A DNA stretch of 55,375 bases from the NCBI GenBank assembly GCA_937903325.1, contig CALCZR010000051.1, forward strand, positions 1-55,375, given 5' to 3'. The notes beneath the pieces are model-generated. The model made no database searches. It worked only from the letters and a program-made list of their open reading frames with translations, and was not told where the DNA came from. Positions within the stretch are counted from its first letter, which is position 1, and the number at the start of each line of letters is the position of its first letter. The position numbers and the translations under genes were made by a program. Shown in pieces: positions 25,901-35,580 of the stretch. This DNA comes from an uncultured Candidatus Saccharibacteria bacterium (GTDB lineage Bacteria > Patescibacteriota > Saccharimonadia > Saccharimonadales > AWTP1-31).

Positions 25901-28900
25901 CTAGCGCTACTAGTTGTTCATCAGCAGCTATTTGAGCCATAAGGCTTTCGATACTACCTTCGTCATATCCGGCCTGCAGCAGACTTAGCTGAGCCTTTGC
26001 GTATTGTATATCTATCGATGCACGTTGAGACTCTATCCCGGCATCTTGTAGAGACTTCTGATCCTCATACTGTTTCTTCAGGACTTGATTAATCTGTATC
26101 GATATTCTCTTCTTCTCGTTGATGTCGCTTGTAGTAGCAAGTTGTTCTTGTAATATACCTACAAGCTCTGCATCGGTAGCTAGATTGAGTTGGGCCTGAT
26201 TTGCGGCAGTATTCTGGCCAGATGCCACAAGGCTTAACTCTCTTGCGGACACAGACTGATCAAGTGATAGCTTCCTGTTATCCGCTATAGACTTGGCTTT
26301 TGCGTCCTGGAGATTGAGCAGATTGAGTTGCTCGTCGTAAAGCTGCTTCATCAACTGCTCTTTAGCAACCTTACTCGATGTGGCCTGGAGCTGTGTTTTT
26401 AATACATCAACCAATTCGCTAGACCTAGATGCCTGGATACGTATTGCCTCAACTGAGTCTTGTCCGTATCCAGCTTGTCTTGCTTCTAGTACCAGTTGTG
26501 CATTCAGGAGGTCTATGCTTGCTCGTCTTTGATTGGCTATGAGCTCAACTTTTTGCTGGTTAAGAGTCAGTATTTTTCCTTCTTGCTCTAGGATGGCAAC
26601 TTCATTGTCTTTGCCCGCATTAGATCCTGGTGCAAAATCTAACCTTCTCGCTCTTAATATTTCCAGTGATTTGACTGCTGCGTTGATTTGGATCGTCTGT
26701 GCAGCAACCTCGTCGCCAGCCTGGGTCGTTAGCGCGAGTCTTGCCTGTGCGATCCTGAGGTCTCTCTCGTTCTGATCGTTGGAGTCTTTAAATCTCAGGT
26801 CTGCTTCAAGTTTAACAAGTTCATTCTTCTGTTTCTGGATTTCCAGGAATTTATCTTGATAATCCTGATAAGCCTTACCGTAGCTAACCAAGTCTTGCGC
26901 AGTTCTGAGTTCTTCAGCGATTAGCGCCAACTTACGCTGTGCTATATCTATCTCTATCTTAGCGTTCTCAACTTGATCGTTGCCTATGCCAGATATATCC
27001 AGTGCAAGCTTACGTCTTTTCTCTTCTCGGTCAAGCAGCTGATTTGCGCTTGATAGTTCAGCTTCGGCCAAGTTCTTTCTAGCCTCTGCCTCTTGCTGCA
27101 GTGCTGTGGATACATCTTTGTTCGCAGATCTACCTGCTGCACTATCTAAGCCTCTGGAGTTTGATGGCAAGGAGCTTAGTCTTTCCTCGGCTACCCTTCT
27201 GCGCTCCTCGGCAATCTTTAAATCTGTTCTAGCGGTCTCAACTGCATCCCTGGATTTGCCAGCAATTGCATCTTGGGCCTTAAGGATTGCTTCTTTGGTC
27301 TGCAGTTCATCTGTTTGGATCTTAAACAGCTCTTCTTGCTTCTGTTTTTGCAGATCAATGCTGTTAGCCTGCTCATTAACAACATCAACATTCCGCTGAG
27401 CTATATCTTTAACAATTTGAGCCGCAGAGGCCTTGTAGCTACCAGCAGTATTTACATCTCCGGCCTTCTGAGCTGCTTCTGCTAAGGACAGATATTTATC
27501 TCTAAGTGTTCCTAGCGCACTTATTTCATCCTTATAGATCTTGACCTGTTCTTTAGACTGATCAATGCGAGCCTGGTAAACATTTAGTACCTGCGAATCT
27601 GTGACTGCAGTTTTGCTCTGTAGGTTGATCTCAGCCTGCTTAAGAGATATAAGGGCCTGCACTGACTCTTTTTGTTGTGCCAATCCATCTAATTCGACTT
27701 GCACCCTCTTCTGCACAATACCATCAATATCTCTATTGAGTTGCAAGACTTGAGCCAGAGCGTCTAGTCTTTCTTTTTCAGACGACGGGTTCTTTAAGAT
27801 ATCCAATTGTATCTTAAGCTGTTCTCTCATCCTCTCCAAGATTGCATCCAGTATTGCTGTCTTTTGCCCTTCAGGTGCAGCGGAGTCTAATTGGTATTGC
27901 AACGATTCTATATCTAGCTTTAGGGCCTGCTCTCTTATTTGTTTCTGGTCTGCGAGTATCTGATTTCGCCTATCATATACTTCGTTTAGTTTATCCTCAA
28001 TAGATGATACTTCTGCTGCTCGCTCTTGTGGATCCTGATTCTGTTTCGCAATCTCAAGTCTTCTCTTCCAGTAGTCTTCATAAAGAGATAGTGCTTGTTC
28101 GTACGCTTTTGCATCCTGACTCTTATCATACGTTCTGCCAGCAAGAGTTGCAGTTCTGTCTGCTGCATTATCATTAAGGTTGCGCTGGTACAGATTAGCT
28201 GCAGCAGTTTTGGCTTGCTCTGCTTTTGAGTTTGCTTGATCAATGAGACCCTGTAGCCTAGTCAGTAGGGCTTGTTGTGCTGGTGTGGCAACGCCTGCTC
28301 TGTCTATCAGGTCCTTAATTTGTTGCATCTGTTCTTTCGCTTTTTCGACCACAGATAGGTATTTGCCTGCCGCTTGATCGATAAACTTAGATAGACTGTT
28401 GTCTTGGTTGTTTATAGCTGCATTGAGCTGCTTAGAGGTATCTTCTACGCCCTTAATCAACTCTGGAGTCTTACGCGTAAATTCATCAAGGTTAGATTGC
28501 TGCTGGTCCTTAACTTTCTTGGCAAATTCATTTATTAAGCTGGCTGATCTACTGTTTCCAGCCGTAGCTTGGGTCTTAGATTCTGCCTCTAATTTAGTTT
28601 GTAGAGCTTTAAGTTCTTTGGCTGATAGAGTGTCGATAAACCTAGTCTCGTTCTCATAGAGCGCCCTCTGTTGATCAAGCTTAGTTTTGTAGTACGTCTC
28701 ATTAAGTGCGCGCCTATGGTCGGATACCTGTTTATCAAAGCTAATCTCTGAATCTCTTATCTGCTCTGCGTATTTGATATTAATGCTCTTGATCTGCTCG
28801 CTATAGTTTGCTTTAGCAGTCTGGACTATTTGCCCCCTTTGAGCTGTGTTATCAACCTTAGATGCGTCACGCAGTGTAGCTTCGAGCTGCTGTTTTGCTA

Positions 28901-31900
28901 CACTCTTTTCGACCTTGGCCTGCTCTTCTGCGATGCGTTTGGTGTTCGAAAGTATTTTCTCTCTATATTTTGCATCTATGTCTATCTTCTTTTGTACATT
29001 ATCTCTAGCAATATCCAATTCGCTTGCGTATTGCTTCTCGACAACTGACCCATAGTTTTTAAGCAGCTCAAGTTGTATGTTTATAGATTGCTGTCTAAGT
29101 GCAACAATTTTATTGTTCACTTCAGCTTCTTTGTCTACCCTTTGTTGCTCAATAACTTTTTGATCTACAGCTTCTTTTTGTCTAGCTACTTTAATTGCCT
29201 CAGACTTATTCTTCTCTGATTGGGTCACGGCAGAAGATAGGTCTGCAATCTGAGATGGATTAGCATTCTTGCTTTGCTGGGCCTGCTGGAGATTCTTTCT
29301 TGCCAATTCTATTTGTTTATTGTACTTAGTCTCCAGATCCTTAAGCTCTTGTTCGAGTTCTAGTTTACGTTTCTGTGACTGATCCTTAAGGATAGAGGTT
29401 TTCTCTTTCTCGATCGCAGCGAAATCATCTGCATTCTTAGCCTTTGCATCAATCACAGCTTTATCAACTGCAGCCGCCTTAAGATTATTCTCAAGTGCAG
29501 TAAATTTATCAACATATGCCTGGTATGCTTTTGCATTGCCAGAGATCTCTGGGATGTCGTCGAGTCCCTTAATTAGTTCTCTTATACCCGCAGAAATATC
29601 AAGGAATGTCTTATCTAGCCCTTGATCCTTAATTTCTTTAAATCTAAGCGCGGTAGACTGAGCTCTTTCATTGAGTGCATCAATAGACTTCTGGGTTTCG
29701 TCAGACACAGAGAATGTGGAAGCAGTATCTACTGCATACTTCTTCAGCTCAGCCTGGATTTCGGCCCTAGTCTTGTTAAGACTCGCAATCGCGTCTTGTA
29801 TCTCTTTAACGCTTGTATCTGGAGATTGGCCAAGAGTTTTAACTTTGTCAAGCTGTACTACTTCCCTAGCTCTCAGATTTCCAAGCTCAGGAGATACCCT
29901 GTTACCCTCTGCTCTAGCCTTCTTTAGAGACTCTAAAAACTGTGTATTCTTCTCGATCTGCTTCTCAGATGCAGCTGCCATATCTTCATAGTTCTTGGTT
30001 GCGAATGCGATTGCGCCACCGAGTGCTACAAATGCCGCTGTTGCTGTTGCGATAACTGGATTGAGTACCAATAGCGCAGATGCCTTTTGGAATAGTCCAA
30101 CTGATACGGCTGCAAGTTTTGCAGAGAGCGAAAGTCTTGCAAATGCAATGTTTGTACCGGCCAAGGTTACGATACCGGCCTGACCAAGTGGGATCGCTAG
30201 AGCTGTAACTGTATTGTATGCTGCTACGCCAACTGCTGCCAGTTTAGATGCATTGGAGATGAAAAGTGCTGCAGCACCTAATGCAAGAAGCGACTGGGTA
30301 AATGCAGGAGTGGACGAAAGTGTATTAAGTACATCTCTAAACCCTCCAACAACAGCTGTTGCGGCTTTTAGCCCTGCAACAAGGCTTGGTCCAACGAGTT
30401 GAAACAGGTTAGTGCCAGCATCTTTTGCTGATGCCTTAAGTTGGTCAAGGCTACCAGTAAATGTCTTACTCAGAGTCTCTGCATAGTCTTGTGCGGCACC
30501 TTTACCATCACGGTACTTATTGGCAAGACCCTCCACACCATCAGAGAGAGACAGGATTGCTGCGAATCCTCTAGTTCTAAATAGTGTTGACGCTGCTGCT
30601 ACTGCATCTGCATTTCCCCTGATCTCACCAGTTAATTCATCATATGTAACTCTAGCATTTGACAGTACGTGAACAAGGTCAAATATGATGTCTCTACCCT
30701 GCCTAGTCTTACCCGCACTATCAACAAGATCTACCCCCAGCTGTTTGGCTGCATTCCTAAATGCTACCGTTGGAGATGTGGCTGCAGCAAGCACGTTACG
30801 AAGTGCAGTTGCTCCTTTATCGGCAGCGCTCAAACCTTTATTATCCAACTGTACAAGTGCCGCAAGTGTCTCTTCGAAGCTAAATCCTGCTTGTTTAGCA
30901 ATAGCACCCACAGTATTAAGGCCCTTTGAGAGATCAGATTGGGTGCCTACAGCGTCATTGGATGCGAGGGTGAGGCTATCAACTGCTCGTGCAGCATCTT
31001 TTGCGGTCATTTGAAACTGTAGCAAGTTTCTGGTTAGCTCTATTGCTGTGTCTGAAAGGTTTGTGCCTTCGGCGCTGGCCAGGAATGATGCCTGCTTAAG
31101 GATCTCTAGGCCTTCTGCGCCAGTCTGTCCTGCCCGAGTAAGGTTTGCGAGCGCCTCTGCATAATCTGCCAATCCACGCCTAGCAGTTGATATATCTGTA
31201 TCTCTAATTGCCTCAAGACTTGTCTTCACAGCTTTAAGCGTCTCAACTCCGTTGGCCTTAAGGATTGCGAATGCATTCTCAAGCTTTTGGCCCTGCTCTA
31301 CAGCCGTTGCTCCGAGTGCAATCAGAACTCCTATGAGGGCTCCAATGGACGTTACGAGAGCGATCGTATTAAATTTGCCTAAAGTAGTGGTTGTATTGTA
31401 TAAACCCATAGACTCGGCAACTCGACCAGTCCAATAAAACATACTAGACATCTGTGGGCTAATCAATCCAATTGCCCCAGCAAATGATCTCGCATAGTTA
31501 CTATACAGGCCAAAGCTTTGACCAAGTTGAGATATCTGATTAACTCCAGTGGTTGGGAGCTGTATATTTACATTAATCCCATTGAGCTTCTGGAGTGTTG
31601 GGATCAGCTGATTAAGAGCTTGAGTCACTCTACTTACATCAAGTTTTGCAATGTCATTAAGAGACTTAAGGTTAAGGTTTACGTTGATACCCTCTAGGGA
31701 CTTGAGTGCCTTTGCAAGCTGCGGTATCTGCGTTAATACATTCTGTATGTTTAGACTAGACAAAGCCTGTATGCCAGTTAGTCCTATGTTTAACTTAATA
31801 CCGTTTAATGATTTTACGGAAGCCGCAAAGCCAGATAGCTGGGTCGTAATGTTACCAAGGTTAAGGGTAGATAATTTTTGTAACTCTGATAGATTGACGC

Positions 31901-32360
31901 TAAAATTAGCAGAGCCTAAGCTCTTCATTGAGTTCATAAACCCTGTGATTTGCTTTGTGATCGCATCTAGGTTTACCTTACTCAAATCCTGGAAAGCCTT
32001 GGTATTAAACGTAAAATTATTGCTTTTTAGCTCAGTAAGCGTCTTAGACAGGCTGGCCAGCTGATTAGTAGTCTCCCCTAAGCCCTTTGAGACCGCCACC
32101 AATTTCTTGAAAGGTGTAAAGCTTAGCTTGATGTCGGAGATGCGCCTCATAGCCGATTCTAGCTGCTTAAAATTATTGGCAATGCGGTCAAAACCCACTT
32201 TTCCTAGGTTATCCAGTGCCTTTGTATTGATAGAGAGGTCGATTTCAAATTTCTTCTTGCTCAGCTGTCTCTCAAATGCGTTGACTTCATCACCTAGCTT
32301 TTTGAGACTACGCTGAAATCCAGTTATGTCAAGACTTGCAAATGACTCTAATTTTGCCAT
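22977..32360 (-). CDS. tail tape measure protein (about 3127 aa)
   Basis: Giant coiled-coil ORF downstream of the G/GT chaperone. A central hydrophobic block is present (LAAVSVGLFQKASALLVLNPVIATATAAFVALGGAIAFA). The ATG at 32360 has GGAGGGTGG upstream. The track start is 32369. Confidence 0.9.
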   Translation of the reverse strand: MAKLESFASLDITGFQRSLKKLGDEVNAFERQLSKKKFEIDLSINTKALDNLGKVGFDRIANNFKQLESAMRRISDIKLSFTPFKKLVAVSKGLGETTNQLASLSKTLTELKSNNFTFNTKAFQDLSKVNLDAITKQITGFMNSMKSLGSANFSVNLSELQKLSTLNLGNITTQLSGFAASVKSLNGIKLNIGLTGIQALSSLNIQNVLTQIPQLAKALKSLEGINVNLNLKSLNDIAKLDVSRVTQALNQLIPTLQKLNGINVNIQLPTTGVNQISQLGQSFGLYSNYARSFAGAIGLISPQMSSMFYWTGRVAESMGLYNTTTTLGKFNTIALVTSIGALIGVLIALGATAVEQGQKLENAFAILKANGVETLKAVKTSLEAIRDTDISTARRGLADYAEALANLTRAGQTGAEGLEILKQASFLASAEGTNLSDTAIELTRNLLQFQMTAKDAARAVDSLTLASNDAVGTQSDLSKGLNTVGAIAKQAGFSFEETLAALVQLDNKGLSAADKGATALRNVLAAATSPTVAFRNAAKQLGVDLVDSAGKTRQGRDIIFDLVHVLSNARVTYDELTGEIRGNADAVAAASTLFRTRGFAAILSLSDGVEGLANKYRDGKGAAQDYAETLSKTFTGSLDQLKASAKDAGTNLFQLVGPSLVAGLKAATAVVGGFRDVLNTLSSTPAFTQSLLALGAAALFISNASKLAAVGVAAYNTVTALAIPLGQAGIVTLAGTNIAFARLSLSAKLAAVSVGLFQKASALLVLNPVIATATAAFVALGGAIAFATKNYEDMAAASEKQIEKNTQFLESLKKARAEGNRVSPELGNLRAREVVQLDKVKTLGQSPDTSVKEIQDAIASLNKTRAEIQAELKKYAVDTASTFSVSDETQKSIDALNERAQSTALRFKEIKDQGLDKTFLDISAGIRELIKGLDDIPEISGNAKAYQAYVDKFTALENNLKAAAVDKAVIDAKAKNADDFAAIEKEKTSILKDQSQKRKLELEQELKDLETKYNKQIELARKNLQQAQQSKNANPSQIADLSSAVTQSEKNKSEAIKVARQKEAVDQKVIEQQRVDKEAEVNNKIVALRQQSINIQLELLKNYGSVVEKQYASELDIARDNVQKKIDIDAKYREKILSNTKRIAEEQAKVEKSVAKQQLEATLRDASKVDNTAQRGQIVQTAKANYSEQIKSINIKYAEQIRDSEISFDKQVSDHRRALNETYYKTKLDQQRALYENETRFIDTLSAKELKALQTKLEAESKTQATAGNSRSASLINEFAKKVKDQQQSNLDEFTRKTPELIKGVEDTSKQLNAAINNQDNSLSKFIDQAAGKYLSVVEKAKEQMQQIKDLIDRAGVATPAQQALLTRLQGLIDQANSKAEQAKTAAANLYQRNLNDNAADRTATLAGRTYDKSQDAKAYEQALSLYEDYWKRRLEIAKQNQDPQERAAEVSSIEDKLNEVYDRRNQILADQKQIREQALKLDIESLQYQLDSAAPEGQKTAILDAILERMREQLKIQLDILKNPSSEKERLDALAQVLQLNRDIDGIVQKRVQVELDGLAQQKESVQALISLKQAEINLQSKTAVTDSQVLNVYQARIDQSKEQVKIYKDEISALGTLRDKYLSLAEAAQKAGDVNTAGSYKASAAQIVKDIAQRNVDVVNEQANSIDLQKQKQEELFKIQTDELQTKEAILKAQDAIAGKSRDAVETARTDLKIAEERRRVAEERLSSLPSNSRGLDSAAGRSANKDVSTALQQEAEARKNLAEAELSSANQLLDREEKRRKLALDISGIGNDQVENAKIEIDIAQRKLALIAEELRTAQDLVSYGKAYQDYQDKFLEIQKQKNELVKLEADLRFKDSNDQNERDLRIAQARLALTTQAGDEVAAQTIQINAAVKSLEILRARRLDFAPGSNAGKDNEVAILEQEGKILTLNQQKVELIANQRRASIDLLNAQLVLEARQAGYGQDSVEAIRIQASRSSELVDVLKTQLQATSSKVAKEQLMKQLYDEQLNLLNLQDAKAKSIADNRKLSLDQSVSARELSLVASGQNTAANQAQLNLATDAELVGILQEQLATTSDINEKKRISIQINQVLKKQYEDQKSLQDAGIESQRASIDIQYAKAQLSLLQAGYDEGSIESLMAQIAADEQLVALAQQKLALATNNDDRQKAELDLVNAQIKAAQDRARLEDAQKQKIIKSMEQQTAIAQAQLALSAAISGAEKDIVKSAQQKLLVDQMDLAVANTKLAMAKNQEERNAALITVLQKQADIRRDMSAIEDAIYSRQKSQLDLQNSQIQLLEKQASVNLKLQGSDGNTVLDAQLAINSAISERAQKLKEIELLDSKPARSIDEQIANAKERNQLQSQYLDAIAKEVDARKQLRDAEINDIRVREQLANAQFNLGNALSYQPSGIDSGVIQAQRALSDANRTLSQAGNMANEILSKLSNNGQILASDVSTATNAISQMTSAIQSQRSALDSLAKAYEDQIQNAITLSKSVMSAQQVFSAAAEPLTKSNAREQMAVYEDLINSASQLKTQLATRLSSLLKDSTATAQMISSALNDLTSAEQDRQGFVKNFNSAAEAAGSEIKKSISDGFGLDPKVITLARKKASEIAKAEEEAKKARQDAINESQNNLANALNLFVKTFQNGSPMIKDLSSNAQPKQENRDFSKLNDPSKLSFIDNNASSATNKKLAEDLAKEYLTQQKLINEGIAIDNRYNAEAVKAIAIQNEIRAASAKEEVAANQALYKAKLKEAEVNEQIATNKLENARVEGEISKAINQKKIKNKDNIAKTELETYMAQKRAAEQEAKATEKIATARNIRADMEIEAAAVYKKTEADVLKEYQRRFDKYDQATVMAADRLTLEKLKVRAPIAKLEAEIGLARESVNQAEAVTTSLYSAAAASQAMADLASEQARAAKQFADRQANLSQQILEAEKAELEARKAMAQATKAEAEYKERYAGRLKNMELDQRESDLAANIKINEERVKQAELATEILRQQLKDTKGRSGDNTLAGVTDAIKRILEANKSWSDAAQRSLRDYTERAIDILRSIKDEISKPDTYVPQSPTPSTPERSGLQPVDNSKTVNFNFGDITQNVNTQSVAPEDVPKLWRNIKILIKNEFENLGGGC

Positions 32361-32839
32361 TACTTCCACCCTCCAAGTAACTTATTAAATATTGCTTCCA
32401 TGGTTATCCTTGATTTTACTGTGGCCGGCATTATAAATGGACCAGGCAGCATATAGTTTATACCAGATCGACCAAAGGTAATCCCTTTACCTTGTGACGC
32501 CTCTGATAATTGTTGTAGCAATCCTGGATCTATTTCTGAGGTTCCAGATCCATACTCTATGTCAGATGCATAGTCTACGCTCGATGCAAGCTTGATCGTA
32601 AACACGCCATTCTTCGAAATGTCTGATGCGCTGGTGTTGCCGAGCGACTTAAGGTTCCCCGTTCTTATGTACACAGCTCCAGGCGCGGTCCCGTACACCG
32701 ATGCAAATAGATTGGCCTGCAGATCATTGTTTGCTTGATCTACAATTGGCTTAATCGCACTGGTTAATCCAGTCTCAATTTCAGCCAGAAATCTATCTAC
32801 TTCAGATTTAAATTTTAGTCCTTCAGTCCTAATCCCCAT
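32360..32839 (-). CDS. HK97 gp10-like tail-completion family protein
   Basis: The motif DYASDIEYGSGT resembles the YA..vE.GT signature of the gp10 family. It sits unusually between the GT chaperone and the TMP. Confidence 0.45.
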   Translation of the reverse strand: MGIRTEGLKFKSEVDRFLAEIETGLTSAIKPIVDQANNDLQANLFASVYGTAPGAVYIRTGNLKSLGNTSASDISKNGVFTIKLASSVDYASDIEYGSGTSEIDPGLLQQLSEASQGKGITFGRSGINYMLPGPFIMPATVKSRITMEAIFNKLLGGWK

Positions 32840-33590
32840 TTACCACCATCCATCATCATTTTGCGAATATTGCTCCGTACTCTCTCTTGCTCGCGTCTTG
32901 CTATCTCCTCTGCGCTAAATCTTTCTGGCCAAGCTATCTTCTCGTAATATCTAAGCTGCTTGTATGCATTCTGTGGTTCAGTCCGATACTCGTTCATTTT
33001 CCTGCTTGGAGGACTCCCAATACCAACCATGCCCATCTCTGCGCCGTCTGCCATTCCACTATTAAGCAAATCATAATATTTATCTGCGTAATACTTTCTC
33101 ATCTTCTCTTCGGCTAAATCACTCAGGTACCACATTGGGTACTCAAGTAGGTATGGAGCTATATCTGTGACACCAAGAGATACGGCTAAACTTACGTCTG
33201 CCTGGACCTCTCTTCTAGGTATGCCTCTACCGTCTTCTTCATCACTATCTGATAGAGGCTCATCACTTTTTTTGTTCCACCACCATCTAGTCCGTTCATT
33301 TCCCACAGCTCTGCTGCTATCGATAATTTGTCGTCAAAGCTGATAGAGTCGAAATCTAGATCGATACCATCTGATACTCTTGATACTTCTATTAATTGCT
33401 CGAGTTTCTCAAATGCATCCCCAAGCGAGGCTTCGTCTGCATCTCCGGTCTCAGCTGCCTTGCCAAATGCAACTGCAAAGTTAAACAGTATATTGACGTA
33501 CTTGGATCTTCTTACTTCGCCCCAGGCTCTAAATGTTATTTGCTCACCATCTGATAGTTTTATAGTTTTAAAAAGCTGCCGATGCTGCAT
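32815..33590 (-). CDS. tail assembly chaperone, GT fusion via -1 frameshift (about 258 aa)
   Basis: The overlapping ORF 32815..33306 is in the -1 frame relative to G and has no credible independent start. The slip at A_AAA_AAA joins ...GGTKK to SDEPLSDSDEED... Confidence 0.7.
33192..33590 (-). CDS. tail assembly chaperone, G product (132 aa)
   Basis: Acidic small protein between the major tail and tape measure genes. It contains the slippery heptamer. Confidence 0.75.
   Translation of the reverse strand: MQHRQLFKTIKLSDGEQITFRAWGEVRRSKYVNILFNFAVAFGKAAETGDADEASLGDAFEKLEQLIEVSRVSDGIDLDFDSISFDDKLSIAAELWEMNGLDGGGTKKVMSLYQIVMKKTVEAYLEERSRQT
33267..33273 (-). promoter_or_regulatory. -1 programmed ribosomal frameshift slippery heptamer A_AAA_AAA
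   Basis: On the minus strand the sequence is GGA ACA AAA AAA GTG, a run of 7 A in X_XXY_YYZ register of the G frame. Confidence 0.7.
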
Positions 33591-33609
33591 GTATCAATTA
33601 TACAACAAT

Positions 33610-33636
33610 GTAGCGGGCTTTTTTGCGACCCGCTAC
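33610..33636 (-). terminator. stem-loop / partial terminator after the major tail gene
   Basis: Stem GTAGCGGG / CCCGCTAC with an 11-nt loop lies in the 70-nt gap between the major tail protein and chaperone genes. Confidence 0.45.
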
Positions 33637-33660
33637 ATCTTATGGTTGTACTAGCTAAGC

Positions 33661-34287
33661 TTAAGGCTCAGCGTCAATTTTGTCGAGCAATGCTGGCAAT
33701 TGTGCCAAGTTGGTCAAGAGGAAGTTGATACCGTAATCAGAGCTTGTGTTGCTCGAGTAAGTACCGAGTGCTGCGTCAGGCACATATCCTGCTTTTGCCA
33801 AGCGGTCAATCTTGAATTTGAGGGTGTGGTAACCGTCTTGCTCGCCTTCTCCGTTTCCAGAGACTGCTGCGGCGGGCATCCACATAACCATTGCAGTTCC
33901 GCCAGCGTTGTCTTCTTGGACCCAAATGCAGCGTCCGAGAGTCGTGCCTGCTTTGAGAGCGAAGCCCGTAGCATTTGTAATGCCGGTACCACCAGCTACT
34001 GCAGTGCCACCAGTGTACAAGCTGTAGACGTCAGAATCTTTGACAGACACGGTGTCAAATTCTACTCCGAATGCTGCTTCGGTCATGTCGTTACGGAGCT
34101 GTACTGCAACACCAGTTCTGTTTCCCATCAATTGAGAAAAGGTGATGTTCTGAGTTGGCGATACATTAAAGGGCCAGCCAAAGTCAACCCAGGTTATTGC
34201 GCCTGTTTTGCGGAAATAGATTTTATTTCCAGTACGAAGGATTTTTGAAGTGTCAGTTACCGAGCTGTTTGTGACTGCGAAAGCCAT
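33661..34287 (-). CDS. major tail protein (208 aa)
   Basis: It lies immediately upstream of the G/GT chaperone. GC content is locally raised and a hairpin follows. Confidence 0.7.
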   Translation of the reverse strand: MAFAVTNSSVTDTSKILRTGNKIYFRKTGAITWVDFGWPFNVSPTQNITFSQLMGNRTGVAVQLRNDMTEAAFGVEFDTVSVKDSDVYSLYTGGTAVAGGTGITNATGFALKAGTTLGRCIWVQEDNAGGTAMVMWMPAAAVSGNGEGEQDGYHTLKFKIDRLAKAGYVPDAALGTYSSNTSSDYGINFLLTNLAQLPALLDKIDAEP

Positions 34288-34290
34288 GTC

Positions 34291-34512
34291 TTACTCCTTT
34301 TCCTCTTCTTGAGGTTGAATAAATTCTGCGAGTTTATTTGCTTCTAACCACTCTAGGATTATATTATTTACTTCTACTTCAACAGGGATATCAAGTATCC
34401 TTTTGCGCGTAGTTGGATCAATTACATAATCATCGAATGCTATAGCAAGTGGGCCTCTAACAACAAATATTGTCTTTGGTGCATCCCTTTGCTGGTTTAC
34501 TTTATCATCCAT
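34291..34512 (-). CDS. hypothetical head-tail joining module protein (73 aa)
   Basis: GGAGGT lies upstream of the ATG at 34512 (MDDKVNQQ). The track start at 34575 is less likely. Confidence 0.5.
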   Translation of the reverse strand: MDDKVNQQRDAPKTIFVVRGPLAIAFDDYVIDPTTRKRILDIPVEVEVNNIILEWLEANKLAEFIQPQEEEKE

Positions 34513-34528
34513 AATACCTCCACCTTTA

Positions 34529-34924
34529 TTATAACGGATTAAAAAACTGTGTGGCCTCGAACGAGAGGACGCCATAAATACTCCCTATCTTACTTGTATC
34601 AACCTGGTAATTTATAAACCGATAAGGCGAGCTACTTCTGAGCGGGATGCCGCCAACTGCTTTCCTAACTGTGTCATAAAGTTGTGACAACACGGATTGC
34701 GAATTGGCGTATATGTGGACAGATACCAAGTATGTATCCATGCCAGACTGACTATACAGCAGGTTTGGATCTCCTAAGTAAACCCATCCAGATGCACCGT
34801 AATCTGTATGCATCTTATCAAGTCCCATTTGTTGCATGACATAACCTTCCTGTGGCTCAAGGACGAGCTGTACAGGTGTAGACCAGTTTATTAGCCTACT
34901 CTTTATGTCACTTACGATACTCAT
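34529..34924 (-). CDS. tail-completion / neck protein candidate (131 aa)
   Basis: Called by position between the connector and major tail genes. Coupled start. Confidence 0.5.
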   Translation of the reverse strand: MSIVSDIKSRLINWSTPVQLVLEPQEGYVMQQMGLDKMHTDYGASGWVYLGDPNLLYSQSGMDTYLVSVHIYANSQSVLSQLYDTVRKAVGGIPLRSSSPYRFINYQVDTSKIGSIYGVLSFEATQFFNPL

Positions 34925-35580
34925 GTAGTCATCCTTTTGAGTACAAGTATGTGGCCAAGCGCATACTTATGTCTCTCTTCTGACCTGTGCATTATTTTAA
35001 CGTTTGTACCAGATATGGTAGTTGTGCTACCAACTGGAGGTACGGGTGATGATGGATGCGTTATCGCAAACAGCATATCTGCACTGTAATCAAAGTTTGA
35101 AATAAAGCTACGTGTGAAATCCTCTGCTGTAAGCTTGGGATCCCAAAACATATATGTTGCCAACATCGATGCGCTAGTACCATGAGACCATGATCCACTA
35201 GATACCGAGCCTGCATTTGTAAATGTCCAAGTAGACGACATGTATGCCGGAGTATATGTATTTACTTTGTAGTAATCGGACAAAATAGCTACATCTATTG
35301 GCATTTCAGTCGTAACCAGTGTTAATCCATTATACTGATAAAATGAGGGCTCCATTGGCATATCCATGGCGTCAATATAAATCACAGACATACTAGCTCT
35401 GAATTGACCGAGATCAAATCTGGCAGTATTGTTGCTGCGTCCCTGTATAGATCCTTTTATCGTAGATGTGGACAAGGTTGGCGCTGGGATAGATCCGTTA
35501 GCTAATGGAGATGCGTAGGTTGGCGTGACTACGTCTATGTTTTTTAAATATTCTTTAAATGCGACCTTAATATCTATCAT
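34921..35580 (-). CDS. hypothetical head-tail module protein (219 aa)
   Basis: GGAGGA lies upstream of the ATG at 35580. ATGA overlap with the upstream gene. Confidence 0.55.
   Translation of the reverse strand: MIDIKVAFKEYLKNIDVVTPTYASPLANGSIPAPTLSTSTIKGSIQGRSNNTARFDLGQFRASMSVIYIDAMDMPMEPSFYQYNGLTLVTTEMPIDVAILSDYYKVNTYTPAYMSSTWTFTNAGSVSSGSWSHGTSASMLATYMFWDPKLTAEDFTRSFISNFDYSADMLFAITHPSSPVPPVGSTTTISGTNVKIMHRSEERHKYALGHILVLKRMTT

Noticed and set aside
23284-32316. About twenty plus-strand ORFs (60-137 aa) inside the tape measure gene.
   Set aside because: They are Ser/Ala/Leu/Cys-rich shadows of the antisense of a coiled-coil gene. None has an SD or promoter, and all lie within one uninterrupted 9.4-kb minus-strand ORF.
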